From the NCBI GenBank assembly GCA_965217895.1, contig CBDCJV010000002.1:288001-352000 (forward strand): a stretch of 64,000 nucleotides of DNA. The letters are read 5' to 3'. Source of the DNA: Waterburya sp. (GTDB lineage Bacteria > Cyanobacteriota > Cyanobacteriia > Cyanobacteriales > Xenococcaceae). Position numbers and translations under genes: made by a program. Below, piece after piece: positions 63,385 through 64,000 of this stretch. A model generated the notes under the pieces. The model searched no databases, was not told where the DNA came from, and saw nothing but the letters and a program-made list of their open reading frames with translations. Positions within the stretch are counted from its first letter, which is position 1. Each line of letters starts with the position of its first letter.

Positions 63385-64000
63385 TTAACTTTTGGACTCA
63401 GTTTCTAAAATTTCTTTAGCGGTAACTCCATCTCCCTGAAATCCGAAATACCATAGCGAAGCAGCAGCTTCGGCGCGAGTTACAGGTTTTTGAGGTTGAA
63501 AAAGAGTAGTATAGCCAAAAATACGCCGTACGTTAGAGCGATCGCCATTTTGGAAATCGGCATACAAAGCCCTAATTGCCGTAGAGTCAATTTTCCCTGC
63601 ATCTTGAAACCCCCAGCTTTCTTTTATAGCCTCAATTGAGGCTTTTGGTAAAGATTGGCGCATATCTAAAGGAACTTTCCAGGCAAGCAAATCTTCTCTG
63701 GTTAAAGGTGCATCTGGTTTAAATAAGACATTATTACTATCTTCCGTTAGCCGAGAAGGTATCAGCCCAGCTTCGGCTAAACTTTGGATAGCTTCAAAAT
63801 CTGGATTATTTGGCTTCACGTCCTGAAAGGCAGGTTCATTAGTTGTACTAGCAAGATAAATCTTTTTATCCGAGCTATCTTGAAAATAGCGATTATTAGC
63901 TGTAATGAGCCAATGAGCATATTCGCCTCTAGTAATTATTTTGTTAGGAGCAAACTTGCTTAACTCAATATTGCCGTCGCCAGTATAGGGAGTCAAAATG
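63385..64000 (-). CDS. S-layer homology (SLH) domain protein, 5' end outside window
   Basis: FAPNKIITRGEY, FKPDAPLTRE, FQPQKPVTRAEAA SLH motifs. Confidence 0.88.
   Translation of the reverse strand, partial: ILTPYTGDGNIELSKFAPNKIITRGEYAHWLITANNRYFQDSSDKKIYLASTTNEPAFQDVKPNNPDFEAIQSLAEAGLIPSRLTEDSNNVLFKPDAPLTREDLLAWKVPLDMRQSLPKASIEAIKESWGFQDAGKIDSTAIRALYADFQNGDRSNVRRIFGYTTLFQPQKPVTRAEAAASLWYFGFQGDGVTAKEILETESKS

Overview
Cyanobacterial chromosomal window, with a very frequent HIP1 octamer GCGATCGC and STRR-type heptamer repeats. Core loci are the large ATP synthase operon, intein-containing dnaB, fused pyrF-pyrE, tyrA, pntAB, rfbCDA, gnd, dapF, hfq and two radical SAM genes. These are interleaved with accessory DNA: decayed toxin-antitoxin pairs, a cyanoexosortase A locus with secreted proteins, IS630/IS4/IS982 remnants, REP-like palindromes, an ACP-like protein lacking its attachment serine, a REC-HlyD fusion and an accessory diadenylate-cyclase-domain protein. 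The most striking structure is an IS982 element (48402-49932) whose transposase is interrupted by six GC-rich hairpin insertions of 73, 51, 48, 18, 356 and 21 nt. Removing them by hand restores an 879-nt (292 aa + stop) reading frame and a 964-bp element. The insertions belong to recurring, nesting mini-element families also seen at about 45300-45470, and the 356-nt one is a multi-hairpin structure rich in C-GNA-G loops. All family assignments are from motif recognition, without database searches.
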